NCBI GenBank assembly: GCA_964525535.1
Contig: CAZGHT010000006.1
Location: 43,544 to 107,543 of the forward strand
Source of the DNA: an uncultured Rhodothermaceae bacterium
Lineage (GTDB): Bacteria > Bacteroidota > Rhodothermia > Rhodothermales > JAHQVL01
Length of the DNA stretch: 64,000 nucleotides
Reading direction: 5' to 3'
The notes beneath the pieces were generated by a model. It was not told the DNA's origin. It was given only the letters and a program-made list of their open reading frames with translations, and made no database searches. A program made the position numbers and the translations under genes. Positions 27,642 to 37,848 of this stretch are shown in pieces. The first letter of the stretch is position 1. Every line of letters begins with the position of its first letter.

Positions 27642-30149
27642 ATGATTCGTACCTCACTTTTCGCTTTTTTATTCATACTGAGTGCTTCAGGTTCAGCTTC
27701 CCTCGGGCAAGATGCTTCCGGGCTTTTCTCAGAGCCGCAGACAGCGCCCGATCGGTTCATGCAACCTCCCAGAGAGTTTGAGATTGCCTCCATCCGCGTC
27801 GACGGTATCGATAGCGAAGCGGCGAAGTCTTTCATCAGACAAACCAGTGGGCTCGAAGTGGGGCAAACGGTTACGGTTCCGGTTGATCCCGCTTTCGGCG
27901 AAGCCATTCGTTCCATCTTCCAGCTCGGCAATTATTCGGACGTCAAAATCACCGAAGATAAACGTACCGGTGACCTCGTCGACCTCGTCATTCAGGTCAA
28001 AGAAGTGCCGCGATTGGGTGAATACACCTTCGAAGGCGTCAAAAGGGGGCATAGGAAGGAGCTCAAGGAAAAGGCGCCCTTGCTGAGCCGCACACCGGTT
28101 CAGGAATCTGACATCGAGCGAACAGAGCAAATCGTCAAAGACTTTTACGCCGAGAAAGGCCGGCCCCTGACTACCGTCGACGTGGAGAAAAATGTAAATC
28201 CGGATAATACCGTCGACTATGTCTTCCAGGTAGACCGCGGCCCTGTCGTCGAAGTCGAAAAAGTGATGATCGACGGGAATGAGATGCTTCCTTCGAGAAA
28301 GCTCAAGAAAAAGATGAAGACGAAGCCGGATCGCTGGTGGCGGTTTTGGAAGAAAGCCAAGTTTGACGAAAATCGGTACGAAGAAGACCTGCAAAAGGTC
28401 GTCGCGTACATGAATGAGAACGGGCACTTCGATGCCCAGATCACCAGCGATAGTGTGTATCTGGATACGTCCGGCAAAAAACCGGGTATGGTCATCGAAA
28501 TCGATGTGCGCGAAGGTCCCAGGTACAACATCCGCAACATCGACTGGGAAGGAAATACGGTGTATAAAGACGAGTTCTTGACGCAGTCGCTGGGATTCGA
28601 GAAAGGCGATGTGTATAACAGCAAGAAACTTGAAGAAAATTTGTATGCCAACAAGAGAAGCAGCGACGTGTCGAGCCTCTACATGAACCGCGGCTACATG
28701 ACGTTTCAGGTTCAGCCTACCCTGCGTGTGGTTGAAGGCGATTCGCTCGATCTCAACTTTGACCTGTCTGAAGGTGACATCTTCGAGTTCGGGAATATCG
28801 AAATCGCCGGGAATGACAAGACCAAAGACCATGTGATCCGGCGCGAGCTATACACGATACCAGGCCAGACATTCAGCCGCGATGCCATTCAGGAGTCCAT
28901 CCGCCGGTTGATGCAGCTCAACTACTTCAGCCAGGAGTCTCTGGGCGCCGGCCCCAATGTGGAGGTCGACGAGGCGGGCAAAGTAGTGGATTTGACGTAT
29001 ACGCTGGAAGAGACGGGCAGCGACCAGTTGCAGTTGTCCGGGACGTGGGGGCAGTTCGGTCTGGTGCTCAGCCTCGGCTTCGAATTCAACAACTTCTCGG
29101 CACAGAACTTTTTCAAGAAGGGCGCCTGGAGGCCGCTGCCGTCCGGGGATGGACAGCGATTGAGCCTCGGTGTGCAGACCAATGGACGGTTCTACCAGAA
29201 CTACTCCTTTGGCTTCACCGAGCCCTGGTTTCGCGGCAAACCGACCCCCGTTGGTTTCTCGCTCTCCTACTCGAAAATTGGCCGTAACCCCTTCGTTAAC
29301 CTGGGCGGCGACAACAACCTCGTGACGGTATCCGGCCGCGGCTTTTACGAGAAAAGGCTCAAATGGCCCGACGACAAGTTCAGCTATCTGAACGGACTTC
29401 AGTACCAGTTTACCAATAATAACGGGCTGTATACCTTCTTGCCCCAGGGCGTGAGTCAGGAAATTACGCTTCAACAGGTGCTCTCCAGGAATTCTACGGA
29501 CAACCCGCTGTTCCCCTCCCAGGGATCCACGATGCGCCTCTCGCTCGATGTCGCCCTCCCCCTCGGGGACTTCATCCAGTACCACAAATGGCGTTTCCAG
29601 AACAACTGGCACGTGCCGATCGTCCCCAAGCTGACGCTCAGCGTAGGAGCCGATTTTGGCTACGTAGGATCGATCACTGGCGAGGACGTCCAGTTCCAGC
29701 GGTTTATCGTCGGGGGATCCCCCTTCGACGTACAGGGTTCCTTTAATCGATTCTTCTTCGCAACGGATGTCATCTACATGAGGGGATACCCCGCTGGCGC
29801 TCTAGGGCCTCGTTCAGGCGACGAACCTATCGGTGGACGAATCCTCAATAAGTATACGTCCGAATTGCGCTGGATGGCCATACAGACCGAACAGCTGCAG
29901 GCGGCCCCTTATCTCTTTCTGGACGCAGCAAACAGCTGGAACGATTTCAACTCGTACAACTCCGCTGAAATATTTCGGTCGGCCGGTTTCGGTATGAGAT
30001 TCTTCCTGCCTATCCTGGGGATGCTCGAATTGACCTACGGGTATAATTTCGATGAATTCCAGGGCTCCTCGAGCGTGTCCCGGTCTGACCATGACGGGTC
30101 TCGACAATGGCTCTTCCAGTTCACCATCGGACAGGGATTCAACCAGTAA
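27642..30149 (+). CDS. bamA: Outer-membrane protein assembly factor BamA
   Basis: Signal peptide MIRTSLFAFLFILSASGSASLGQ, POTRA repeats, an Omp85 barrel, and synteny with uppS and skp. Confidence 0.9.
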   Translation: MIRTSLFAFLFILSASGSASLGQDASGLFSEPQTAPDRFMQPPREFEIASIRVDGIDSEAAKSFIRQTSGLEVGQTVTVPVDPAFGEAIRSIFQLGNYSDVKITEDKRTGDLVDLVIQVKEVPRLGEYTFEGVKRGHRKELKEKAPLLSRTPVQESDIERTEQIVKDFYAEKGRPLTTVDVEKNVNPDNTVDYVFQVDRGPVVEVEKVMIDGNEMLPSRKLKKKMKTKPDRWWRFWKKAKFDENRYEEDLQKVVAYMNENGHFDAQITSDSVYLDTSGKKPGMVIEIDVREGPRYNIRNIDWEGNTVYKDEFLTQSLGFEKGDVYNSKKLEENLYANKRSSDVSSLYMNRGYMTFQVQPTLRVVEGDSLDLNFDLSEGDIFEFGNIEIAGNDKTKDHVIRRELYTIPGQTFSRDAIQESIRRLMQLNYFSQESLGAGPNVEVDEAGKVVDLTYTLEETGSDQLQLSGTWGQFGLVLSLGFEFNNFSAQNFFKKGAWRPLPSGDGQRLSLGVQTNGRFYQNYSFGFTEPWFRGKPTPVGFSLSYSKIGRNPFVNLGGDNNLVTVSGRGFYEKRLKWPDDKFSYLNGLQYQFTNNNGLYTFLPQGVSQEITLQQVLSRNSTDNPLFPSQGSTMRLSLDVALPLGDFIQYHKWRFQNNWHVPIVPKLTLSVGADFGYVGSITGEDVQFQRFIVGGSPFDVQGSFNRFFFATDVIYMRGYPAGALGPRSGDEPIGGRILNKYTSELRWMAIQTEQLQAAPYLFLDAANSWNDFNSYNSAEIFRSAGFGMRFFLPILGMLELTYGYNFDEFQGSSSVSRSDHDGSRQWLFQFTIGQGFNQ

Positions 30150-30185
30150 TTGCCCCATCGTATGGCTTTCAACCGGCTTACACCT

Positions 30186-30761
30186 ATGAGTTGTCCAATG
30201 AATTCTTCTTCGCTGCAATCCCTAAAACTTTTGGCCGTCATCGTTGCTTCTTTGTTTACGCTCCAGCCCGGCTCGACGACGGCCCAGCAACGAATCGGAT
30301 ACATCGATTCGGACTATATCCTCAATCTCGTTCCTGAATTCGCAACGATTCAACAGAATGTGAACCGACAGGCAGAGGAATGGGATGCTGAAATCGAAGA
30401 CGCCCAGAATCAGGTGGACGAGATGTTCCGGGAGTACCAGGCGCGTGAGCTCTTGTATACGAATGAAGAGCGCCAACGCAAACGCGAAGAGATCGTTCAG
30501 GCTGAGGAAGAAGCAGAGCGTCTCAGGATGCGCTATTTCGGCCCGGAAGGGGAGCTGTTTACCCTCCAGGACAACTTGATGAGCCCTCTGCAGGAAAAAT
30601 TGATGAGAGCCGTCGAAGCGGTGGCCGCTGAAGAGGGATACGATTATATTTTCGACAAAAGTGGAGAATATCTTTTTCTCTTTGCACGTGATCAATACGA
30701 CCTGAGTGATCGTGTACTCGAGGAAATGGGTATTGATATCGAAGAGACGACCCGCCGGTAA
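30186..30761 (+). CDS. skp: OmpH/Skp-family periplasmic chaperone
   Basis: It has a signal peptide, IGYIDSDYIL, and a coiled-coil Glu/Gln/Arg-rich body, and lies downstream of bamA. The start is 30186 or 30198. Confidence 0.8.
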   Translation: MSCPMNSSSLQSLKLLAVIVASLFTLQPGSTTAQQRIGYIDSDYILNLVPEFATIQQNVNRQAEEWDAEIEDAQNQVDEMFREYQARELLYTNEERQRKREEIVQAEEEAERLRMRYFGPEGELFTLQDNLMSPLQEKLMRAVEAVAAEEGYDYIFDKSGEYLFLFARDQYDLSDRVLEEMGIDIEETTRR

Positions 30762-30826
30762 TCTTGCTGTACGCTCTCGATGCAATACGCTCACAATTTG
30801 CCTTAACCAATACGAGTAAACTAAAC

Positions 30827-31417
30827 ATGTACAACAGATTTCTTTCGGTGGTTGCCCTGGCCGCGTTTGGATTATTCCTGGGGTCGCTATCCGAAAACAA
30901 AGTACTTGCCCAGACGACAAAAGTGGGATTCACGGACCATGAGGTCATTATCGCTGCAATGCCCGATTACGAAACGATTCAGGCCCAGCTGCAGCAGGAA
31001 TTCAGCGGCGCTCAGGAGGCCCTTCAATCTCTGGCAGAATCGTTCCAGCGCGACCTGGAAGAATACCAGGTGCAGCAGCGCCTGTTGACCGAAGAGCGCC
31101 GCGCTCAGCGAGAGCAGGAACTGCAGCAGAAACAAACGGAGCTTCAGGAGGCAGCGAGCCGCAAAGATGCCGAACTCGCCGAGTTAGAACTGCAGTTGAT
31201 GCAGCCCATCTTTGATCGGGTCCAGAATGCGATTGACGAGGTTGCGCAGTCGCACAACCTGGATATCGTGCTTCGCCACCGCGTAGGAGCCCAGCCGGTC
31301 ATTTTGTACGTCAATCCCGAAACCGTGCAGGACATAACGATCGAAGTGGCCCAGAAGTTAGGTATCGAAGTTCCCGAAGAGGGGACGGCATCGGCCGCTT
31401 CACCCACGCAGAATTGA
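30827..31417 (+). CDS. skp: OmpH/Skp-family periplasmic chaperone, second paralog
   Basis: Signal peptide MYNRFLSVVALAAFGLFLGS..., VGFTDHEVII, and a coiled-coil body. Confidence 0.8.
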   Translation: MYNRFLSVVALAAFGLFLGSLSENKVLAQTTKVGFTDHEVIIAAMPDYETIQAQLQQEFSGAQEALQSLAESFQRDLEEYQVQQRLLTEERRAQREQELQQKQTELQEAASRKDAELAELELQLMQPIFDRVQNAIDEVAQSHNLDIVLRHRVGAQPVILYVNPETVQDITIEVAQKLGIEVPEEGTASAASPTQN

Positions 31418-31440
31418 GGAAATCCAGTGTTTGCCGTACA

Positions 31441-31470
31441 GGGTGCCCTCTTTGGGGGCGCCCTTTTTTT
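31441..31470 (+). terminator. Rho-independent terminator after skp
   Basis: GGGTGCCC-tctttgg-GGGCGCCC is followed by TTTTTTT. Confidence 0.8.
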
Positions 31471-31558
31471 GTGGTTCTTCCCCGGACAAGGAGTGCGTGC
31501 ATCTATGGTATGTGCATGCGTACCTTGTTCATTCCTATTGCGAAGCGTGAAAAATACC

Positions 31559-32392
31559 ATGAGTACTGAAACTGCGATCCCGTCTCAATTAAAGGTCAAG
31601 CGTATTACTACGCAAACCTTGCAAGAAATGAAGGCATCCGGTATTCCTATCGCGATGTTGACCGCTTACGACTATACGAGTGCCCGCATTCTCGACCAGG
31701 CCGGCGTGGACGTATTGCTGGTCGGAGACTCTGCCTCGAATGTCATGGCCGGTCATGAAACCACCCTGCCGATCACGCTCGACCAGATGATTTATCATGC
31801 CCAGTGCGTCGTTCGAGGGGTCCAGCGAGTGCTGGTCACTGTCGATCTCCCCTTTGGATCGTATCAGGGCAATACGAAAAGAGCGCTTCAATCAGCCATT
31901 CGCGTGATGAAAGAAGCAGGGGCTCATTCTTTGAAACTGGAGGGCGGCGCCTCCATTGCTCCTATCCTTGAACGCATCATCTCAGCAGGCATCCCCGTCA
32001 TGGGCCACCTCGGGCTGACGCCCCAGAGCATCTATCGATTCGGGACGTACAAAGCCAGGGCGCGCGAAAAAGAGGAAGCCGAAACATTGCTGCAGGACGC
32101 GCTTTTGCTGGAAAAAGCCGGCTGTTTTGCTATCGTGCTCGAAAAAATTCCAGCGGATCTGGCGACCAGGGTGACTGAAGCGCTTCGTATACCCACCATC
32201 GGCATCGGGGCCGGCGTACATTGTGACGGCCAGGTGCTCGTGACTCACGACGCGCTCGGCTTCACTAAAGATTTTAATCCCCGGTTCGTGAGAAGGTATG
32301 CCGACCTCGCAGGCACGGTCACTGAGGCTGTCAAAGAGTACGTGCATGACGTCCGCATCCGGGATTTTCCTAATGAATCAGAAAGCTACTGA
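31559..32392 (+). CDS. panB: 3-methyl-2-oxobutanoate hydroxymethyltransferase
   Basis: [23 protein letters not shown] and LKLEGG motifs. Confidence 0.9.
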   Translation: MSTETAIPSQLKVKRITTQTLQEMKASGIPIAMLTAYDYTSARILDQAGVDVLLVGDSASNVMAGHETTLPITLDQMIYHAQCVVRGVQRVLVTVDLPFGSYQGNTKRALQSAIRVMKEAGAHSLKLEGGASIAPILERIISAGIPVMGHLGLTPQSIYRFGTYKARAREKEEAETLLQDALLLEKAGCFAIVLEKIPADLATRVTEALRIPTIGIGAGVHCDGQVLVTHDALGFTKDFNPRFVRRYADLAGTVTEAVKEYVHDVRIRDFPNESESY

Positions 32393-32409
32393 GCAGCCCG
32401 AATGTTTAC

Positions 32410-33198
32410 ATGAGTGCATCTGATGATTCGGAACGCCCTTTAATACTCATCTCGAACGACGATGGCATCGAGGCTGCCGGTATTAAAGAACTCGCCAATG
32501 TCCTTGCGCCTATCGGGGACTGTATTGTCGTTGCCCCTAACGAAGATCAGAGCGGCTCTTCACATGCGATAACGGTCAGACAACCGGTTCGCGCCCTTGT
32601 GTACCCCTTCGAATGTGAACACGGCGCCTTGAAGGCCTATTCCGTGAGAGGCACACCGGTGGATTGTGTCAAGCTGGCCATCGATCAATTGCTCCCCCGT
32701 AGACCGGATATCGTGGTCAGTGGAATCAATCATGGCCCCAACGCGGCGATCAATACCATTTATTCAGGTACGGTGAGCGCAGCGCTGGAGGGGGCCATAC
32801 TCGGTATCAACGCTATCGCGTTCTCTGTCGGAGAATGGAATGGAGGGGACTATCCGATTCCTCGCTCCTACATTCAGCGTATCGTGCAGACCATCGCGGA
32901 TCATCCGTTGCCTGTTGGCGTCCTGCTCAACGTGAATATTCCCAATGCCCCCGAGCAGGATATCAAAGGGATTAAGGTGACACGACAGGCTGAATCTCGC
33001 TGGCAGGAGTCGTTTGTCGCTCGAAAAGATCCTACCAACCAGCCCTATTATTGGATAGCCGGTGAATTCGTAAATCTGGACGAGGGCACGGATACCGACC
33101 TGTCGGCCCTGGCAGAAGGTTGGATCTCAATAACTCCCCTGCGCCCTGATCTGACGGCTCACGATTTGATACAGCACATCAAAAGCCTTCCTTTCTGA
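32410..33198 (+). CDS. surE: 5'/3'-nucleotidase SurE
   Basis: ILISNDDGIEAAGI, SGINHGPN and YSGTVSAALEG motifs. Confidence 0.9.
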   Translation: MSASDDSERPLILISNDDGIEAAGIKELANVLAPIGDCIVVAPNEDQSGSSHAITVRQPVRALVYPFECEHGALKAYSVRGTPVDCVKLAIDQLLPRRPDIVVSGINHGPNAAINTIYSGTVSAALEGAILGINAIAFSVGEWNGGDYPIPRSYIQRIVQTIADHPLPVGVLLNVNIPNAPEQDIKGIKVTRQAESRWQESFVARKDPTNQPYYWIAGEFVNLDEGTDTDLSALAEGWISITPLRPDLTAHDLIQHIKSLPF

Positions 33199-33500
33199 TG
33201 CCTGAAATTACCATTGACGCTGTCGGTCTTCTGGGGGTGGTCATGATCGTCGGGGCGTATCTGCTGCTCCAACTCGAGAAGGTAAGTCACGATAGCTGGA
33301 TCTATCTGGGTTTAAATCTCATAGGCGCCTCTTCCATCCTGATCAGCCTTCTCTTCGATTGGAATCTGGCAGCGGCGCTCATCGAGATCTTCTGGATCGG
33401 CATCAGCATCACAGGATTATGGAGGAAAGCGACCCGTCGCAGAAGTGCTACTGACCCCATTCGACATGGTCGAAAACGTTACCCGGCGAAGCAGTCGTAA
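33198..33500 (+). CDS. Small integral membrane protein (CBU_0592-like)
   Basis: The start overlaps the surE stop (TGATG). It has three hydrophobic helices followed by a basic tail. Confidence 0.5.
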   Translation: MPEITIDAVGLLGVVMIVGAYLLLQLEKVSHDSWIYLGLNLIGASSILISLLFDWNLAAALIEIFWIGISITGLWRKATRRRSATDPIRHGRKRYPAKQS

Positions 33501-34077
33501 CGTACAGCCCATCGCGTTTGTATAGCTCGTCGACCACGTCTTCGACCTGGTCGATCTTTATTCCGGCGTCGACCCCCAACATTTGCAATGCCTTGCGAAT
33601 GTACGCTATCGAATCGTCGATGCGTTGCTGAAAGCTCTCTTCACTCAAGTCGAAATACCCTTCGATGACAAAAGGCAGGTTGTAGTCCTTCCTTTCACTC
33701 AACGAAACTCGCATGGCAGTTCCTCCCACGGGCATCAATCGATACCCCATTTCTGCATGGGTAATGGGAAAGGAAGCTCGCCTGACCTTGAGCGGGTTGC
33801 CGTCCGTCTCCTTGCAAACGAACGTGTCATCACGGGTTGTGATCAGATAACGGCGTAGCTGATCGATTTCCTCTTCAGTCAATAGTTCATTGACCAGCTC
33901 TTCGCTGTAGATTTTTTGTTCTCTGTTCAGGCGGCTGTAGCTGTCGATCAATCGCGAATAATCATGTTTGCCGAGGGAGGAGTTAACTTTGTACCAGTGA
34001 ATAATTCCGGCGTTGAAATGAATATTGTCGAGCGTCAAGCGTTCGATAACCGAGCTTGCGTGAAATAGTTTTACCAT
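33448..34077 (-). CDS. Hypothetical protein, 209 aa, with no recognisable motif
   Basis: Clean ORF 40 nt downstream of the LysR gene on the same strand. Its 3-prime end overlaps the convergent 33198..33500 ORF by 53 nt. Confidence 0.5.
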   Translation of the reverse strand: MVKLFHASSVIERLTLDNIHFNAGIIHWYKVNSSLGKHDYSRLIDSYSRLNREQKIYSEELVNELLTEEEIDQLRRYLITTRDDTFVCKETDGNPLKVRRASFPITHAEMGYRLMPVGGTAMRVSLSERKDYNLPFVIEGYFDLSEESFQQRIDDSIAYIRKALQMLGVDAGIKIDQVEDVVDELYKRDGLYVTTASPGNVFDHVEWGQ

Positions 34078-34117
34078 TCTATCAAGGAGTCACAATTGTA
34101 TTGATGTCGAATTAAGG

Positions 34118-35050
34118 TCAGGCTGTTTGTGGAAGTATATCTCCGGGAATCAATGCATGGACAGAATCTTTGATTTCTTGAGATAGCGCATCTACCAGCT
34201 GTTTCTGCGGCAGGGTTTTCGCGTAAATCATGAACACGGGCCGGCAAGGAAAGGGGGGGGTGAATGTACGAATCAACGCTGTTTCATGCGGCGCGGGATC
34301 TCTGGCCGCCAACCAGGGAAGGACCGTCATCTTTTGGCCGCGCTCCACGAGGCGTTTGAGGGCTTCCAGGCTATCGCTCACAAAGTGAAGAGATCCAGTA
34401 TCGATCTCGCTATGCGGGTCGGGGTTGCACAACGCGATCACTTGATCGCGAAGAGCATTTCCTTTTCGCAGCAGCCATAGGTCGTTCAATCGCAATTCAG
34501 CCGTTGGGATTGTTTCGCGGTCGAAAAGCGGATGATGCCTGGATACGTAACACAGAAGAGGTTCCTCGAACAACAATTCATCGATAATGCCTCTCGACGC
34601 CCTGAAGGATAGGACGAGACCCACATCGATGAGATCGCGTTTGATGTGCTCGGTCGTCTGGTCAATGCTCATCTCGTGCACTTCGATCGCCACATCCGGG
34701 TACCGGGTTGAAAATCGAGGCATCACCAGCGGCATCAAGTAAGGGCTCAATGTCGGGACGATACCGATGCGAAGATGCCCCGCCATTTCACCGGCCAGGC
34801 CCTTGACGATCAGTTTCAGGCGCCCTGCTTCGCCAACGACAACTCTGGCCTGCGCAATGACCTGCTCACCGATCAGGGTCGGCTGTATTGGCTTTTTCGT
34901 GCGGTCGAAAAGTTGAACCCCGAGATCGTCCTCCAGATTGCTCAACTGATTGCTCAGATTTGGCTGACTGATGCCCAGGTGCGCAGCAGCCTTTCTGAAA
35001 TGGCGGATCCTATCCAGCGCGATTAAATAGTTAAGCTGTACCAGCGTCAT
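34118..35050 (-). CDS. LysR-family regulator, OxyR-like
   Basis: The wHTH region LNYLIALDRIRHFRKAAAHLGISQPNLSNQLSNLEDDLG is present. The effector domain aligns by eye with E. coli OxyR (GNALRDQVIALC vs GHCLRDQAMGFC). Confidence 0.8.
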   Translation of the reverse strand: MTLVQLNYLIALDRIRHFRKAAAHLGISQPNLSNQLSNLEDDLGVQLFDRTKKPIQPTLIGEQVIAQARVVVGEAGRLKLIVKGLAGEMAGHLRIGIVPTLSPYLMPLVMPRFSTRYPDVAIEVHEMSIDQTTEHIKRDLIDVGLVLSFRASRGIIDELLFEEPLLCYVSRHHPLFDRETIPTAELRLNDLWLLRKGNALRDQVIALCNPDPHSEIDTGSLHFVSDSLEALKRLVERGQKMTVLPWLAARDPAPHETALIRTFTPPFPCRPVFMIYAKTLPQKQLVDALSQEIKDSVHALIPGDILPQTA

Positions 35051-35082
35051 GTACGGCCTATCGGGGATTGGGAAACATTCTG

Positions 35083-35126
35083 ATAGCTAATAAGTATCAC
35101 ACGGGGTAACGATAGATATTATCAAT
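35083..35126. promoter_or_regulatory. Two ATAG-N7-(G/C)(T/A)AT half-site pairs (OxyR/LysR-type operator candidate)
   Basis: ATAGctaataaGTAT (35083-35097) and ATAGatattatCAAT (35112-35126), located 33-76 nt upstream of the LysR start. Confidence 0.25.
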
Positions 35127-35368
35127 TGATCCCTGGGTATTTCCTTCGCGTAAATGATAGTACCTACAATTCAACCTGACAAATCTGTTTGTTCCTCCAC
35201 TCATTGTCCGCAGCGTCAGGTCGTACTATTGATCCGTGAATTGCGGTCCCCAGAATCAGACTTCCTAGAACCTGGTTCACAGGAGTATTTCCAGGAATAG
35301 GACGACCCTTTTGGGCAGTTCGACATTCAAATTTCATAACAACCACGTACCTAAACCTGATTCTAGTT

Positions 35369-35560
35369 ATGGCGAATCAACGAATGAAAGAGAGTTGGAC
35401 GCGTATGAAGTCCGATATTAGAGAGATGTGGGACATCGATCTTACGGACGACGAACTTAGTGCAGGACGCAAGGATCTGAATAAAATGATCGAAATTATT
35501 CAAAGCAACACGGGTCACCCACGCAAAGAAATCAGAAATAAACTTCTCGTGATTGTGTAA
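35369..35560 (+). CDS. CsbD-like stress-response protein
   Basis: 63 aa. The pattern W..MK..I.EMW.-.LTDDEL..G....L...IQ matches CsbD/YjbJ. Confidence 0.6.
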   Translation: MANQRMKESWTRMKSDIREMWDIDLTDDELSAGRKDLNKMIEIIQSNTGHPRKEIRNKLLVIV

Positions 35561-35586
35561 CAGGTTAATAGAGCAGTTGTCGAATT

Positions 35587-36342
35587 ATGCTTTGCGTTTG
35601 TATCTACTCGCCAGTGAGAAAGGTTGGAAAAACGGTTATTGCCACGCATCTTGCCTACGCGTTGTCGCAACAGGGCAGGAGCGTTTTATTGATTGACCTG
35701 AGCTCAGATCTGGATGTGGCAAAACGTTTCGGAATCAAACGACCTCGGCCCGGCATGGCGAGTATTGACGCCCCGTTGAGCGCCGCCATTCGCCAGGTGC
35801 GGCCCGGGCTCTGCATCGTGTCCTATGGCTCAACAGGCCGGCTGCCCGCCCCTCTGAAGTGTTCCGCAATCAGCGAGAGGTACGAAAAAACCGTGTCCGA
35901 AATGTCCCAGATCGAACACGGTTTCGACGTGGTATTGTTCGACGCCTCTTCTACGTGGTCGCCCCGGGGCAACACGTTTTTTCATGCGGACCGGATCATA
36001 ATCCCGCTTTCGCTCAAAAAGGTGAGTATGGGTAATGACAATGGGGCGTTGATCGGTGTGAATCAAACCGTTCGTATGTGGAATGCCCCCGATCGGTTCA
36101 TGCTCGCGTTGAACTTTTTCGAATACGGTAATAGCGATCACGAGGATGTCGCAGACCGGTTATGCAGCCAGTACCCCAATTCTACCTTTCCGATTTCTTA
36201 CAGTGAACACATGCAAGGAGCCGAAGCGCAGGGCAAGCTCGTCGGTGAAATTGTTGCGGACGATGCTGCAATGAGGGACGTGGACAAGATCGTCGAGCGC
36301 TTGAATATGCCCGTGGATGACCGAATGTTGGCTTTTGCCTGA
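35587..36342 (+). CDS. ParA/MinD-superfamily protein with a degenerate deviant Walker A
   Basis: YSPVRKVGKTVIATHLAYALSQQGRSVLLIDL replaces the usual KGGVGKTT. It also has FDVVLFDASS (Walker B-like) and a ParA-like C-terminal half. Confidence 0.65.
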   Translation: MLCVCIYSPVRKVGKTVIATHLAYALSQQGRSVLLIDLSSDLDVAKRFGIKRPRPGMASIDAPLSAAIRQVRPGLCIVSYGSTGRLPAPLKCSAISERYEKTVSEMSQIEHGFDVVLFDASSTWSPRGNTFFHADRIIIPLSLKKVSMGNDNGALIGVNQTVRMWNAPDRFMLALNFFEYGNSDHEDVADRLCSQYPNSTFPISYSEHMQGAEAQGKLVGEIVADDAAMRDVDKIVERLNMPVDDRMLAFA

Positions 36343-36597
36343 CCTGCTCCTCCAGTATATGTCCCCTGTGTTCTTCGAGCAAGTCGGTTCCTGATCGAGT
36401 GGGTTTCCGATCAGATCGGCTTCTGATCACATCGATTTCAGCGCCGTTTAAGACTTTCCCCTTCTACGTCCACTACCCAGAGTAGGACAGGAAGCGCTTT
36501 CGGCTATTCATACGAACTTTGAAGCAGAGATTAGGAAATAGGCCGCTATCCGTTGTATTCTGTACCCATCGAGTATTTAAACCAAACGTGGCCCCCA

Positions 36598-37848
36598 ATG
36601 AACAACCTGATTGCAATAATTCTAGGAGGAGGAGCTGGAACCCGCTTATATCCATTGACCAAATTGAGATCGAAGCCGGCTGTGCCGCTCGGGGGGAAAT
36701 ACAGGCTCATCGACGTACCCATCTCGTCGTGCATCAACTCGGGGATCAATAGCATTTTTGTCTTGACGCAGTACAACTCTGCAAGTTTGAACAGGCATAT
36801 CGCTCACTCGTATCGCTTCGACAGTTTCCGGAATGGGTTTGTCACCGTTCTCGCAGCTGAACAGACCCCTTCTTCGACGCAGTGGTATCAGGGCACGGCC
36901 GATGCGGTTCGCCAGTCGTTGCCCCATTTGACCGATCAAGACTTCTCGCACGTCTTGATTCTGTCCGGCGATCAATTGTACTCGATGGATTACAGAAAAA
37001 TATTCGATAAACATATTTCGTCAGGTGCGGGGATTACGCTCGGAACCATTCCCGTCACGGCGGAGGATGCACCGGCTTTTGGCATACTTAAGACCAATGA
37101 CGAGGAAGAAATTGTCGAGTTCTACGAAAAGCCCCCGCTCGATGAGTTGGGAGGCAAGGAAAGCCTCGTATCCGAGGAGTTGCAATCCCAGGGGCGTATC
37201 TATCTCGCTTCGATGGGGATCTACCTGTTCGACCGAGAGATTCTAGAGCGGGCGCTGCTCGAGTCCGAGGAAGACCACGATTTTGGGAAGCAGATCATCC
37301 CGGATGCTATCCGGACCCAAAAAGTCGTGAGTTATCCCTTCACCGGGTATTGGAGCGATCTGGGGACGGTGCGCTCGTTTTATGAAGCCAATCTGATGCT
37401 GGCGCAGCCTCTTCCAGAGTTTAGCCTGTACGACAAAATGGCGCCTCTGTATACGAATGCACGTATGCTCCCACCGGCCAAAATTCATAACTCTGTAATC
37501 GAGAACTCCCTTATTTCAGAAGGCAGCCTCATCACGAAGAGTGAAATCATTGGTTCTGTAATCGGTTTGAGAACGTACGTAGAAGAAGGGGCGAGAATCA
37601 AAGACAGCGTCATTATGGGGTTCGATCAGTATTCCTGGCTGGGAAACAGCACAGAAAAGGTTCACGGAATCGGGGAAAATGCACGCATCGAGAATGCCAT
37701 CATCGATAAAAACGCGAGAATCGGACCTCATTGCGTGATTACCAACACAGAAGGCGTTCAGGAAGGGGAACGTGGGGGAATCTACATTCGGGACGGCATT
37801 GTCGTCGTAACTAAGGACGCCCGCGTACCGGATCATACGGTCATCTAA
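36598..37848 (+). CDS. glgC: Glucose-1-phosphate adenylyltransferase
   Basis: [44 protein letters not shown], followed by left-handed beta-helix C-terminal repeats. Confidence 0.9.
   Translation: MNNLIAIILGGGAGTRLYPLTKLRSKPAVPLGGKYRLIDVPISSCINSGINSIFVLTQYNSASLNRHIAHSYRFDSFRNGFVTVLAAEQTPSSTQWYQGTADAVRQSLPHLTDQDFSHVLILSGDQLYSMDYRKIFDKHISSGAGITLGTIPVTAEDAPAFGILKTNDEEEIVEFYEKPPLDELGGKESLVSEELQSQGRIYLASMGIYLFDREILERALLESEEDHDFGKQIIPDAIRTQKVVSYPFTGYWSDLGTVRSFYEANLMLAQPLPEFSLYDKMAPLYTNARMLPPAKIHNSVIENSLISEGSLITKSEIIGSVIGLRTYVEEGARIKDSVIMGFDQYSWLGNSTEKVHGIGENARIENAIIDKNARIGPHCVITNTEGVQEGERGGIYIRDGIVVVTKDARVPDHTVI

Noticed and set aside
35164-35346. 60-aa minus-strand ORF in the LysR / CsbD divergent region
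   Set aside because: It has no recognisable motif, sits at the minimum length of the track, and overlaps the probable promoters of both flanking genes. It cannot be supported without conservation or expression data.
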